A stretch of 32,000 bases of DNA. Source: Zygophlyctis sp. KS116. Lineage: Eukaryota > Fungi > Chytridiomycota. The translations under genes were made by a program, and so were the position numbers. Below, piece after piece: positions 1-15,489 of the stretch. The notes below the pieces were generated by a model, which was not told the DNA's origin, searched no databases, and saw nothing but the letters and a program-made list of their open reading frames with translations. Each line of letters starts with the position of its first letter. The first letter of the stretch is position 1. Location: the NCBI GenBank assembly GCA_054661495.1, contig BAAFSQ010000071.1, positions 1 to 32,000 of the forward strand, written 5' to 3'.

Positions 1-1402
1 AATCAGATATTAGAATTGAATCATCTTCATTCATACTCCAAACAGGATCTTTTGCAACCTTATAACCCTTTTCAAGACTTTCCATCCTCTCTTCTTTAAC
101 ATTGCTATTTCTGTCTGTTAATAAATCATTGCCAAAATTTGATAAAAGTAAAGTGTCCGCATCGCATTTTTCAATAAAACTATCATCTGCAATAAGACTG
201 TGATTCAGAATATTGATCTCTAAATCTTTCTTATCGGAGTTATCTGCAATAGAAGCTCTACTCTTATTCTCAAACTCCTTAATTAGAAAAGATATGTGCG
301 GTTCATCCAAAATATCTTCCTCTTTCACCTTTATATCTTCCTCTTTTACCTTTTCAGGACTAGATACCGGCAGCTCTTGAAGCAACAAGGAAGAATTACT
401 ATTTTTTTCCATTTGAGACATTGAAACACTTTCAGAATCTACAGCTTCCGAAATTGATGATCCTGAACTACTCTTATTTGCCAGCTGTTCAATTCTTGCT
501 TTGATCATTTCTATATTAACCATTAGAGTTTTGTAAATTCTTTTATTAGTGTCATCTACTTTTGAGAAACCAAAAAAAATACCAGTTATTGTGCTTGATG
601 ATTCTTGATGTGAAATATTTGATACTCTTTCAATTCCAGATTCACTATAATCCTGAACAAAAGACACGTCATATTCCACCTTCTTCACAGTATCTCTTAA
701 CGTGTCTTTATCCTGCTGATCCAACTCTTGATTAATCATTTCAATACTTTCAGAGTCCAGATTTTCCTTTATTTTCAGAGGAGAGAAAACTTTAAATTTA
801 CTTCTTCTATAATCATTCAATGCATTCAATTTCTTTTGTAATTCCAACCTTTGAGCCTCTTTTTGTTCCCTTCCTGCCCTTAAAGACGCCAACCTCTTCT
901 TCTTCCCTTCTTGAATATATTTTTGAATCTCTAGACTCTTTTCCTTTTCCTTTTGAGCCAATAACTTTGTCCGAATAATTTCTTCTTCCAACTGATTCCC
1001 CATTATTGTCGACTCTACTCCTGTTACATTCCTCCCCCTGTTATTAGCAGTTTTACTTTTATTAGACTCCTTTCTTTCTATAACCTTGCTTTTACCAATA
1101 CTTTTCTTCCCAGAGAATGCAATCGGAGCCTTGATAACTGGTTCTGTATGTCTTGAACCGCCTTCTTTTCCGTGTATTTTCCCATGCTCCTCTACATCTT
1201 TAATATCTTGTTTATTAACATGAGCTCCTTTTGCAACTGTTTGTTTTCCTTTACTTGTAGTAGAATTTACTGTTAAAACTTTGGTCTTTCTCGTCAGTTT
1301 CCTTTGATTGCCCATTGACAATTGTTCATTGGACTCAACCTCTTCATAAACTCTGTGAGCAGGGACTATATTAACTATTCTCTCTGTAAAGACAAAATTC
1401 AT
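1..1402 (-). CDS. Large low-complexity/coiled-coil protein, N-terminal part (runs off the window edge); weak resemblance to CEP350-like centrosomal proteins
   Basis: Hand translation gives an open minus-strand frame from ATG 1402 (alternative ATG 1315) to base 1, absent from the ORF track because no stop is reached. Lys/Glu/Ser rich, with segment IQKYIQEGKKKRLASLRAGREQKEAQRLELQKKLNAL. Family assignment is tentative. Confidence 0.6.
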   Translation of the reverse strand, partial: MNFVFTERIVNIVPAHRVYEEVESNEQLSMGNQRKLTRKTKVLTVNSTTSKGKQTVAKGAHVNKQDIKDVEEHGKIHGKEGGSRHTEPVIKAPIAFSGKKSIGKSKVIERKESNKSKTANNRGRNVTGVESTIMGNQLEEEIIRTKLLAQKEKEKSLEIQKYIQEGKKKRLASLRAGREQKEAQRLELQKKLNALNDYRRSKFKVFSPLKIKENLDSESIEMINQELDQQDKDTLRDTVKKVEYDVSFVQDYSESGIERVSNISHQESSSTITGIFFGFSKVDDTNKRIYKTLMVNIEMIKARIEQLANKSSSGSSISEAVDSESVSMSQMEKNSNSSLLLQELPVSSPEKVKEEDIKVKEEDILDEPHISFLIKEFENKSRASIADNSDKKDLEINILNHSLIADDSFIEKCDADTLLLSNFGNDLLTDRNSNVKEERMESLEKGYKVAKDPVWSMNEDDSILISD

Positions 1403-1413
1403 TTTCGGAATTT

Positions 1414-2016
1414 TCACTCCTTGACTGGTTCTTCTTCTTCGTCATCAGAGTCTGGAGCATTTCCTCCCTTCATAGATTCCATCATGGCATTCATATCCAT
1501 TCCTCCCATACCTGGCATACCACCCATTCCTCCAAAACTAGAGAAATCCATACCTTCCATTCCTGGCATTCCCATTCCTGGCATTCCCATTCCTGGCATT
1601 CCCATTCCTGGCATACCCATTCCTGGCATTCCAGCCTCTTCTTCATCTTCCTCATCTTCATCCTTCCATCTAGAGAAATCTAAAGTTACTTTTATTAAAG
1701 GATTACCAGTCTTTAAAAAGTTAAGTTTAGCATTTGTCAATTTTGGCCAATATTCAGCATCCTTTTTACAAAGAACCAAGACAATAGATCTAGCGCTCAC
1801 AGATTTCTTTGAGTCTTCTACCTTTATGTCTTTTAAAAAATCCATTTTGAATGAATATTCCTTTCCATTGGATGTGGCACTAAAGTCCAAAGATTTTTCT
1901 TTTAAATCCATCTTCTCGTTTGAAACATCAACAAGGTTAATGACAAGAGTAATCGTTTCTGATCTCTGGGACCAAAGAACTTGTGGGGAAAGAGTTGGAG
2001 TTTCAGCGGTCATCAT
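1414..2016 (-). CDS. SBA1: Hsp90 co-chaperone p23/Sba1 (CS domain) with Gly-Met-rich acidic tail
   Basis: [15 protein letters not shown], and [14 protein letters not shown] after removing a 27-nt GT-AG intron at 1680-1706; GMPGM repeats and an acidic C-terminus typical of p23. Confidence 0.92.
   Translation of the reverse strand: MMTAETPTLSPQVLWSQRSETITLVINLVDVSNEKMDLKEKSLDFSATSNGKEYSFKMDFLKDIKVEDSKKSVSARSIVLVLCKKDAEYWPKLTNAKLNFLKTGNPLIKVTLDFSRWKDEDEEDEEEAGMPGMGMPGMGMPGMGMPGMGMPGMEGMDFSSFGGMGGMPGMGGMDMNAMMESMKGGNAPDSDDEEEEPVKE
1558..1632 (-). repeat. Five tandem 15-bp coding units encoding (GMPGM)n in the p23 tail
   Basis: cattcctggcattcc repeated about 5 times with one variant (cattcctggcatacc). 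Confidence 0.9.
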
Positions 2017-2080
2017 TCTTTTTCTTTTTCTACAAAATACAACCTACACCTCTCGAAACTCAAAAGGCTCTACTACTACT

Positions 2081-4634
<2,554 letters not shown>

Positions 4635-4709
4635 TAGGCAAATGATTATTTTTGGAGATTTTCAATAAATCGGTTACTCGAAAGAAGATAGATGCATTAT
4701 TTTTATAAT

Positions 4710-6653
4710 CTAACGTTGAGCATATGTCAACGCTTTCTCTTTATCTGCATGCGAAGAGTTTTCTGAAACGCTGATTGAAATGACTGTCGACAAAATGGGT
4801 TGATCTCTACCCTTACAAATAATTAGACAAGAAAGCTCGATATTTTGACAATCACCATCAAGACAATCAATAAGACCGTCAGTGACACAATTTGAGCCTG
4901 GAGGCAAGTACGGTATCTAAAATTTTAAAAATAGAGCAATCACCTTTACTATATTTGGTGTGATAATGACTCTGGAAATAGGCTGTATTTTCAGCATCAA
5001 GTGAGCTGCGGGCCAGATTGATTTGTTGGTTGTCCTGATCAAAAGTGAAAATGGATTATAAACTCCAATCAACTATTATCAGTTATCTAAAACTTCAGTT
5101 ACCTCTACGTTAGCTTCTATCAGGATTGGCATCGAAGAATATGGAAAAACCTTGCTTCGATCGAGACAAACTTGCGATAATATATCCATTTTCTGAAATC
5201 TATCGAATATACCTTTATCATTTCAGGATTGATAGACATACCTTTAGCATCGTTTTTCTCCCTTTTGAGACAGTCGACAAAGGCTTTTGATTTCTTAGAA
5301 AATTCAAAATCGAGCTTTTTGTTTGCTATATCATCTAATGAAAGCGATGAATTTCTTTTCAAAATATTAACATTTACGGCCTTGTTTGTCATTATTGAAA
5401 TTAGCGCCATGTCTTCTCCTTTGAAATTCCCAAATCTAAATGCTGAAATTGTGTCAGCAAGATTCAATACAAAAATGATATCTCTTCCATTAAATATTTT
5501 GATATCCTTATTTTCTAATGCAACCATAAATCCAAAAAACTTTTTCTGTTCTATAGTAAAGTTATCTATTTGCAAAATCGGTGACGAGAAACTGCAGCTA
5601 AAAATCTCTTTTCCAATCAGACTGTAACACTTTAAGCAATTATCCATAAATGATGCAGCTATGTAATCTTTTGACAAAATAAATTGAGTAGGATTTTTTT
5701 CGAATTGAATAATTTCGATGCATGAGTTTCTATGATTTAAAAAAATGTTGAGATTACCTTGATATAACATAAATGCATCCATCTCGACACAATGCATAGA
5801 TTTTAAAATCACCAAAGTATGATCCAACGCATTTTATCTGCAAAACAGATGACGAAAGCTGAAATTTTTCTGAAATTAGGTATTTAGGAGGAGACAATAG
5901 ATAAATCTGACATTCTAATGTTCCTACAACGATAATGCTCGGCGAGAATCCATCACTAGACTCCCTTTTAGATAACTTATCTATGGCAGATATGTGAACT
6001 TGAATTGTCCGTTTTATTTCACTACATCTGACATGATCCTGCATGAGAGAAATAGATGAAATAGATGTGAGTTTTTGCATTTGATGAGAAAATGACATGT
6101 TCCCAGATAGCCTATATTTTTTAACTTGTTCAATTAGTGATTCAAAATCTGATTTTCTTTCTAAATTTTCGAATTCTTTCAACTGAGTCCAGAGGTCAAA
6201 TTCTACATCGGACATTGGCATGGGATCTAAAACTGTCCTTAAAACACAAGAGTTCCTATGGTATAGAAATATTGTATCTTTTGATGCTACAGCGATGGCA
6301 GGAATGTTTGACTGATTGTAAGACTCTGTTAATTGAATGGCTGTTAATAGTCCATACGCCTCATCAGATATAATGTCCGAATATATGAATTTTGATCCAT
6401 TAAACACTTTGAAAGCTAGATAATTATCATGTTCTTCCAGAAAGACCAAGTCTGTGGATTTTGTGCCTAGTGTATCTACTAGTATCATATTGCAGTTTCT
6501 GGTAATGTTTACGGAAACATCCTTGGGAAATGCAACAGGTATCCATGGGCAGTCATTATTTTCCTTTTCAGGACTACTATATCTACGTCTCTGATATGAT
6601 TCTCCTGAAACTGCAACTCTTGTGACTGGTTTCGACGGGGGTTTAGCAATCAT
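4710..6653 (-). CDS. BBS1: BBSome subunit BBS1-like, spliced
   Basis: Collinear with BBS1 motifs: FKVFNG, PAIAVASKDTIFLYH, EFDLWTQLK, SIIVVGTLECQIYLLSP, GSYFGDFKIYALCRDGCIYVISR, SAFRFGNFKGEDMALISI, VNILKR, QPILSTVISISVSE. Joins ORFs 5754-6653, 5120-5827 and 4710-4907. Confidence 0.8.
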
Positions 6654-7170
6654 TTACTGCGTGTTTCCTGTTTTTAACCAACTTTTATTGGATGCGCGCC
6701 GATTCATGACCCCAACAGACTGATCTTTATCCAATCCCTCAATCGCTAGTCTGATCTTTCTAAAAAGTCTAAATATTCAAAATGCCCAATCTTTATTTTT
6801 AGAGAAATTCATCAATGAGTTTCAGGAATGAAATTTTCACAAGCGTCAAGCTCCTGGTTCACATTCAACCAAAACATTCAAGTTTGAAGGATGATGTTTC
6901 TTGACAAAATCATCAAACAATGAGCTACATACTGATTCTAATGAGAGCCTTGGAGTTTCTCCCTTTAAAACAATTGTTTCAAGCCGTTCCAGTGCCTTTG
7001 CTACTTCTTCTACGTCTCATGGTATTTATTATTTTTATTGAATAAAAGGCAATTCTAAGAGCATTAACTATTTAAAAAAAGGGTCATTGGACAATGGTGG
7101 CAAACAACACAATTCAAAGATCAACCGTCGTACAACCGTCGTAACCCTCAAACTATCGGGAAAATTTAAA

Positions 7171-7662
7171 ATGGGAAAAGATTCAACTGATGAGACCTCT
7201 TATGATGAAAAGGCAGCTAAAGTGAGTGAGATCTCACATCCGCTTGCCTCAAAGAAACTGGGAAAAAAGATTTTAAAGGTTATCAAGAAGGGTAAGTTTA
7301 TTTTCTAATATCTACTAGCGACTAAAGCTAAATCAATCAAGCGAGGAGTCAAAGAAGTCGTCAAAGGCTTGAGAAAGGGCTCCAAGGGGTAATGCAAATG
7401 ATGTTTAATAGTTAGATGTGTTATCATTGCTGGAGATATTTTTCCATTGGATGTCATTGCACACTTGCCAATTTTGTGTGAAGAAGCAAATATTCCATAT
7501 ATTTATGTCCCTTCAAAAGAAGACTTGGGATCTACTGGATCAGTCAAAAATCCAACAAGTTGCATCATGATTTTAAATGCTTCAAAGGAGGCAGAGTACA
7601 AGTCTAATTACGATGAAGTTTATGCAGAGATTGAAGAGATCAATAAAAAAGTTATACGATAG
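7171..7662 (+). CDS. NHP2: H/ACA snoRNP protein NHP2 (L7Ae family), two introns
   Basis: ISHPLASKKLGKKILKVIKK|ATKAKSIKRGVKEVVKGLRKG|IIAGDIFPLDVIAHLPILCEEANIPYIYVPSKEDLG...PTSCIMI. Confidence 0.93.
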
Positions 7663-7720
7663 ACAATAGTTCTCAAGATCTAGTTTAAGTTTAAATGTTC
7701 AGGGACTTTTATTATGACAA

Positions 7721-9823
7721 TTAGTTTTCGATTGCCATCAATATCTTACTGAATGCCAAATTATCTTGTTTAATATTGCTACTTGTGTCCAAATTTGAGG
7801 ATTGTCTATTGTTATCACGTTGAATCGACCAAAAACCAATATAACTTATCCAAGAAGTTTGTTTTGCAAATTGTACAATCTTTTGAGCATCTTGCTGATT
7901 AAAAATTTGAGAGCTGACATCATTTTGTCCAATCATGGGGGTTATTCCAACAGTTGTACTGGCAAATCCAAGACTTACAAGTTGGATTCGGACAGCATTT
8001 GCCGCGCAAATTGATCCGTCGCCCATTGAAGGGAATGTTGATCCAAAATTCATAGTCATTAGATTCACCACTTTATGTTAAGAATTTAGATTACCATCTA
8101 CTCGAACACCAGCATTTTTGGCTGACAATAATATTCTTAAGCCTTCTTCCAATAATCCATAGGTTTCAACTGGTAATGTATAACTGATTTTCAAGAGTGG
8201 ATTGTTTTTTTGGAGTCCTGCAATTGCTGCATTTCTGCGATCGTTTGCAGCATAATTTGACAGTGCTGTGCCTTCAATATCAAAATCCAACCAAGATAAT
8301 GAATATTGATCAATTATGTTTTGATATTTTTGTTGCAATGCCTTTACATCGCTTGTGACAATAGCTATTTCATTTCCTTGACATTCAAAAAAAAAAATTA
8401 CCTGCAGCACCTCCAAAAGACACAATAATGTCTCCTCCAAAAAGTCGCAAGGATGTTACGGCCTTGTAGAGAAAATTTGAGGAAAGTGGAATAGATCCAT
8501 CAAATGCTGCATTTCCATTCTTATCTGCTACAACAAATGCAATTGTAAAGCGAATGACACCGACTGATTGGGAAGCATTCCGGAGTATGGCTTCGGGATT
8601 TGACCAAACATTTAAATATGGCGCAAATACTTTTTTGGGCCAGTTATAACCGACATTGAAGCCTATCAGTAAATAAAATAAAAAGACTCGAACCGGTAGG
8701 TATTGTAACTAAGATTTAAGAAAAGAGTTAGATACCTGGTACGACTGGTGGAGTTTCCACTTTTGGCGGTGGTTTAGCAATCACTGGTTGAGGCGATGAT
8801 TGTACCTGAGGAGATACAACAATCGGAGTACCGACCGTCTCGAAGGCTTTGAAAATATTGGCAAAGCTATAATCCTTTTGTGAAATCTGACTTGATGCAT
8901 ATAGAGGTCCGAATACCGAATTATCACGGTTTAAAGACCTGTCAGTTTAAAATTATCAGAAAGTGTACCAAAATGCAATGTGTGAGACCCATGAATTTTG
9001 TTGTCCGAAATTAAGAACCTGAGTTGCATCTTCTAATCGAAATATCTCGGTTGGAACATCATTTTTTCCAATCATAGGAGTAATACCAACTGATGCTTGT
9101 AATCCAGTTTGCTTGATTTGATTATTTACTCCATTTGCGGCACTTATTGAATAACCTCCCATTCCCGTGGCACCATTTGGGGCTGAATTAGGACCAAAGT
9201 CCATTGTCATCAAATTGATTACATCTATTGTAGCACCATTTTTAACAGCCGAACTTAAAAGATAAACTCCGTTATTATCCAGTCCAGAAGGAAGAACAGG
9301 CAAGGTATATGATATTCTAAGATTCGGATTATTTTGCTTTAGAATCTTGATTGCTTTGTTCCGATTATCCACTGAAATTCTATTCGCAATCGCAGCTCCT
9401 TCAATATCGAAATCAACAGCACTTACTTTATACTGATTGATGACTGATTGATAAGCCTGTGCTAATTTTATCGGATCTAAAATCACGGATCCTAGCTCAT
9501 TTCCTATGATTAACTTAAAGAACCGCACCAGTCGCGCCACCAAAACTTATGATAACATCTCCTCCCAATGCTCTGAGAGATGCAATCTGTTGAGAATAAA
9601 AATTTTGAGAAAGAGGAATGATTCCAGCCCATGCTGGCTGAGAATTCTTATCAGCCACGATAAATGCCAAAGTGTAATGTTTAACTCCAGTAGCTTTTGC
9701 TATTACTGAGACGTCCATTGTTGGCCAATTGGTTATATCAATATAAGGAGCAAATGTTTTTGCAGGCCATGAATACGTAATACCAATGATCGCTACGATC
9801 CATATCATCATCATTAATCTCAT
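7721..9823 (-). CDS. Secreted chitinase with two tandem GH18 (PF-ChiA-like) catalytic domains joined by a Pro-rich linker
   Basis: Signal-like MRLMMMIWIVAIIGITYS. Each domain has FAPY, TLAF/TIAF, SFGGAxG, DFDIE, ISYTLPV, NLMTM(D/N)FG, GITPMIGxND and FWSxxRD. Hand splicing across 8664-8735 keeps the two domains in frame. Confidence 0.88.
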
Positions 9824-9860
9824 GTCGCGAACGAAATACAAAGGATCGGATATTTAACAC

Positions 9861-10633
9861 TTAAAATCTATTATCTCTTTTTGCATTCAAACAATCTGGA
9901 CAAAACCAAACTCCTCTAGGAGGTTCAGACAGCCCTACACAATTCAAGTGAAACCATTCATTCGGACATTCTTCATTATCACAACCAATCATTTCACCAT
10001 AAGAAACCTGTCTACAATAACAATAAACTTCATTATCCCTTGTAACATTACCCCCATTTCTAACCTTTAAATTTTATAGATACCTCTTTTTCATTCTTTT
10101 TAAAGCCGATGCAGTAAAAGTAGTTCTTTTACTATCATCCTTGACCAAATCTTCTTTTAAACTGATTGAAGATCCTGATATTTTCAAAATTGGATTTAAT
10201 GATTTGTTTAGAGAAATCCCTTCTTTTTCTTCTATTTTAGAGATTATATCTGTAGATAAACGCTTGATCTGCTTATCCAACTATGATTAAAACTCTAATT
10301 ATTACCAATTCTACTGCTCTTTCAGCTAATTTGACTTTATCTTGACAAATAGATTTCGCGATCTCTGATTCTTCTAGTATTGATTTGATTGTGTCTGTAT
10401 CATTTTCTTGATTATTACTTTCCATCGATGCCTTTAATGATAGATTTAATTTTCTGCGATTAGATTCATTTTCTAAATTTAAGTAAAATGTAAGTACTAG
10501 TGAAATCTACATCTTTTTCTAGTATTTCTTTAAAGATGAATTGAATTTCTGAAGGAAGATTATCGATACCTATGATTAATGCATGTATAGTACTTGTGAT
10601 GAAATCCTCGAGCATCTCTGATGGATCATACAT
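9861..10633 (-). CDS. ING family PHD-finger chromatin protein, spliced
   Basis: N-terminal LEDFITS|[22 protein letters not shown] domain, [12 protein letters not shown]|LDKQIKRL, and C-terminal [45 protein letters not shown]. Confidence 0.93.
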
Positions 10634-10634
10634 T

Positions 10635-10750
10635 TTGCGTTTGATTTGCCGAGCGTAGTTAACAGTTCGCGTGTAAAATTGCGTTGAAGTTGCGTTGGGA
10701 TTGCGTGTAAAATTGCGTTGAAGTTGCGTTAAAATTGCGAACCGACGCAA
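10635..10750. promoter_or_regulatory. Divergent promoter with a phased TTGCG(T) array and a 28-bp direct repeat
   Basis: TTGCG at 10679, 10690, 10701, 10713, 10724 and 10735; gcgtgtaaaattgcgttgaagttgcgtt at 10669 and 10703. Lies between the divergent ING and RTT103 start codons. Regulatory role is inferred. Confidence 0.55.
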
Positions 10751-10780
10751 CGATAAAAGTGAAAATTCTTTTTTCTGATC

Positions 10781-11778
10781 ATGTCAACATTCTTTAAAAA
10801 GGAAGCATTGGAAGCTAAATTAGAAAAGCTAACTGATACCCAAGAGTCTGTGACAGTCCTCTCCCAGTATTTTGTATTTCATCGTAATCAGGCGGAAGAA
10901 GCTGTAGATACTTGGTTAGAATCACTTTCCAGAGGTTTGAATTTCTTTTGAATAATATTGTAGCATCGATACCCAGACGATTAGGATTTCTTCACTTGGC
11001 TAATGATATCTTGCAGCATACAAAGAGAAAAGGCGAAGAATTTGTAAAGGCGTTTGGAAAAGTATTGCCGGATGCGATTACGACTTGTTCAACGTAAACA
11101 ATTTTAAATCTAAAATTAGGGGGGCTCCGTCAGGTATGGTTTCAAAGATCAATCGTCTGATCAATATTTGGGATGAAAGAAGGATTTTTGATGAACAGAG
11201 TATTAGACAATTTAAATCAAAATTACCAAATGGATCAAGTGCATTGAGTGATAAAAAGACAGCCGATAAAAAACTTACTCCTAATATTTCTGGTAGTATT
11301 GGAAATGGAGATACAAAGAAATCAGTCTCAATTCTTGTTCCTCCATCTTATGAAGCACCATTGCCATTTGTTAAAATATTTACTTCTTTAAAAAACTTGG
11401 AAAAGAAAAGGTTGGCACAAGGTGGACGAATGGCTACAGAAATTGAACCTTCAATCACTGACGAATCAATTTTGAATCAAGCAAATGGTAAAATAATGTC
11501 TTTAATTATAGATCCCTCTACAATACAGTCATTGATGTCCAAGGTTAATTCAGCTCTAACACTTACAGCTGCATATAGATCAACAATGCAGGAAGAATGG
11601 ACAACTAGAGAAAATTTAATGTTTGAATTAAGAAAAGTTGTCAAGGAATTGGAAACTTCTCAAGCCCAATTAAATGGATTAAAAGCTGTACTAAAGATTT
11701 ATCTAAATTTTATAGAATATTGAAATGATTGAAAACGAATTCTTATCTACAAAGAGAAAATTAGGAGAAAAATCTTAA
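10781..11778 (+). CDS. RTT103: RTT103/RPRD1-like RNA Pol II CTD-interacting domain (CID) protein
   Basis: LEAKLEKLTDTQESVTVLSQYFVFHR, RRLGFLHLANDILQHTKRKGEEFVKAF, INRLINIWDERRIF, followed by a coiled coil; several short introns. Confidence 0.85.
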
Positions 11779-11806
11779 TGTTTTTTTATTTTTTGAACAA
11801 GACCAG

Positions 11807-12725
<919 letters not shown>

Positions 12726-12925
12726 TTTATCACCGACCTCTGTCCCACCCCTGTGTATGTCATCCGGTCATTAGACGATTACTACCAACCATGATGAATG
12801 ATGCATTACCGGCCATGATGAGCTATAGATGATGAATGCATGATAGATGAATGATCCAAAAGCATTCGTCGGTCTTGACAATCTACAGATCTGTCCGATC
12901 GGACTTTGTTTTCTAATTTTCTGAA

Positions 12926-14484
12926 ATGTCAATGACATTATTAAAACTACTGGAATTCAAGTCTTTAAAAACTCAAAGAAATAATCATGCTAAGCCTTTG
13001 GATGAGATTATGTACTTTTTGCTTTCTAGAATTGATCCAATTGGAATAAAGGTAATTTACTAATTCTATAAAGTATAGGAGACTCATTTTTGTTGGCCGA
13101 TTTATGATGCAAAACAGTCGCAGGAATTTAAGTCTGTATGTTTAAAACTACTAGACAAACTACACGCACAAGGCAAAATTAAGACTCAATTCAAGAAATT
13201 CAATTATGATATAACCAAATGTGAAAATAATATTATTGAACTATGTTTATGTTTGATAAAGTCTAGAATCAAGCAGGATAATAATATGACGGTAATTTAA
13301 CAATTTTAAATTTCTCAAGGTTGATGAATTAAAGCAGTCTGTTCACAAGACGATTGAGACTAGATCATGTCTAGAAAGTAAAGTGAATCAACAGACCGAA
13401 TTGCTTAATCTTGAAATTCAAAAATTAGATCAAAAATTGGTAAGTGTTTCTATTTTATGGTTAGAAATCAGTGCAGGAAGATGTAAATCTTGAAAATGAG
13501 AAAAGAATTGCTCTTCAAAATCAAAAGGAGCATTTGTCTACAAAACTAAAAGGAGAATTGGAAATGTTGGAATGTTGTATTGCAAGGATGAATAAAGGTA
13601 ATTTCATAAAAATATTAATAAATAGCAAATGGTCATTTAGTTCATTTACTTGATGATAAAAATATTCTAGGGAGGATGGATCTTGTATTTTCTGAAGGGA
13701 AGACTGCAGCAGATTTTCAAAAATATATGGAAAAGGTAATTATCAAGTACGAATAAGCTTAGGAATCCATGGAACCTTTTAAAGATGGAAAACTAGATCT
13801 TGTGGTATTTTTAAAGTTATACAAGTTGCTTTTAATGGAAATGATTGAAGATGCAAAGTCTGCAGAGACAGAAACAAGTCTGGGAGTTGAAAGTAACTCA
13901 AAAAATTATTTTAAATTTTGTAGGATTACCAGATGCTCTATTCAAGTTGAAAAATCTATCAGAATTAATTCAGTCATCTAATTTAGATTTAAGTAATAGT
14001 ATTTCAAGAGAAAACAAAATTATGGAAAGGTTTAAAAGGTATTTTATTTACAATTTAAGTTTTCAGTCTCTTGAATGATTCTGAGACCGAAAAGAGCGTC
14101 ACAAGGTATTTCTATTGAATTCATTATAGGTCATTTTTAATGAGTTCTCGTATTTCTATCTTTGATGAACATATTGAACCTCTGGAATTGAAAGACAGTC
14201 ATCAGTTAAATTCTCATCTTATTGAATCTTTAAACTCTTCGATCGAGTCAATGATTAAAGAAAAAAAGGAAAACATTCTTCCAGCAAAAAAATCGGATAT
14301 TTTTAAGAAATGTATTCATTTTAGATTAGAATTGATTTTTGTAGTGGCACGCAGCATTTTGTCGAGTAGAAAGAAAAACGATATGGAGACTGATAACATT
14401 TTTGGTATTATTATCGTCAATTTAATGCTAGATGAAAATTGTCCGTCTTTTATAATGAATGACGATGATACTTTAATCTTGTAA
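12926..14484 (+). CDS. HAUS6: HAUS6 (augmin subunit 6)-like protein, many short introns
   Basis: N-terminal KPLDEIMYFLLSRIDP..|FCWPIYDAKQSQEFKSVCLKLL matches the HAUS6 N-terminal motif, followed by coiled-coil exons. The 3' end is approximate. Confidence 0.7.
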
Positions 14485-15489
14485 ATATTCGCTTTGTAAG
14501 GTTTTTGTAACACATTTCTTAAGCTGAAGGCAGCAATTACTTGAAAGAATATTTTGTAGTGATCTTACTATATCTGCTCTTTTATATGATTTCCGTGCAT
14601 TGGATTGTAAGGCGCATTGCTTTGTTAAAAGTGGTAATAGAGATATCAATCCTTGCAGAAAATCTTCTTTATCTAAATCTGTACTGTCTATTTCACGTAT
14701 TGTAACGTCCAATAATACAATTACATCATTTGTATAAAAGAATTCTTGATCTTTACAATCTTCCAAGATTCTTCTTGTAAATTGTACCAATTGTCGCTTT
14801 AAGGAAAAATCCATCGATCTATTCATTAAAAATATAATATTTTCTGATAGAGTCTTTGTGGACTTTCTTCTTGATATCATTATAAGATTGATCTTGTTGC
14901 GCAAACTAGGCACAGAAGTGCATTTGCTATCGAATTGATCTTGGATATTTAACTTGGATTAATAAATAATGATCTTTACTAGAAGCTTGAGTAGTTCATA
15001 ACTGTAATCATCATTGTCACGCTCCAATTCAATTTCGTCCAATAGCTTGGTAAGGAATGAATCATCAAATTCTTGAACTTCATTAATAGACAACTGCTGA
15101 ACTTTAAGAATTTCATTCATGAGCAATGTATTCGTCCGCTTTCCTGAACGACTGCCGTCGAGGAAAAATTGAATGCAGTCACTGATGCACAGATTTTTGA
15201 ATAGATTGTTAAAATAACTGCGTCCGATTTTCAGATATAATAGAAAAATAATTTCTTTCAATGATGCACTATTAATGCATTGAAGTTTTTCGACAAAATC
15301 ATACATGGTGTCATCATCAAGTCCGGTTAAGAAATAATTGACTAACTTATCCATGTTAAAATCACTTTCCAGCAGAATGCTCAAGCTCCTTGCTGTGTCT
15401 TCATTTACTTTAGACAATGCATTCTCTTGGAATTTAATTGAACTAAAAATACCAACAATTGTGCTTTCTGAATCAGATAATAACTCCAT
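14473..15489 (-). CDS. LDB17: SPIN90/Ldb17/Dip1 family Arp2/3 activator (DUF2013 domain)
   Basis: YSYELLKLL, TLSENIIFLMNR, FFYTNDVIVLLDVTIREI; intron near 14940-14966. The start may lie further upstream. Confidence 0.8.

Noticed and set aside
6700-7160. Possible small gene or ncRNA between BBS1 and NHP2
   Set aside because: Short open frames on both strands and an intron-like AT tract, but no consistent model or recognisable motif.
10669-10740. CRISPR-like or telomeric repeat
   Set aside because: No unique spacers or cas genes, eukaryotic context, and only a short degenerate array.
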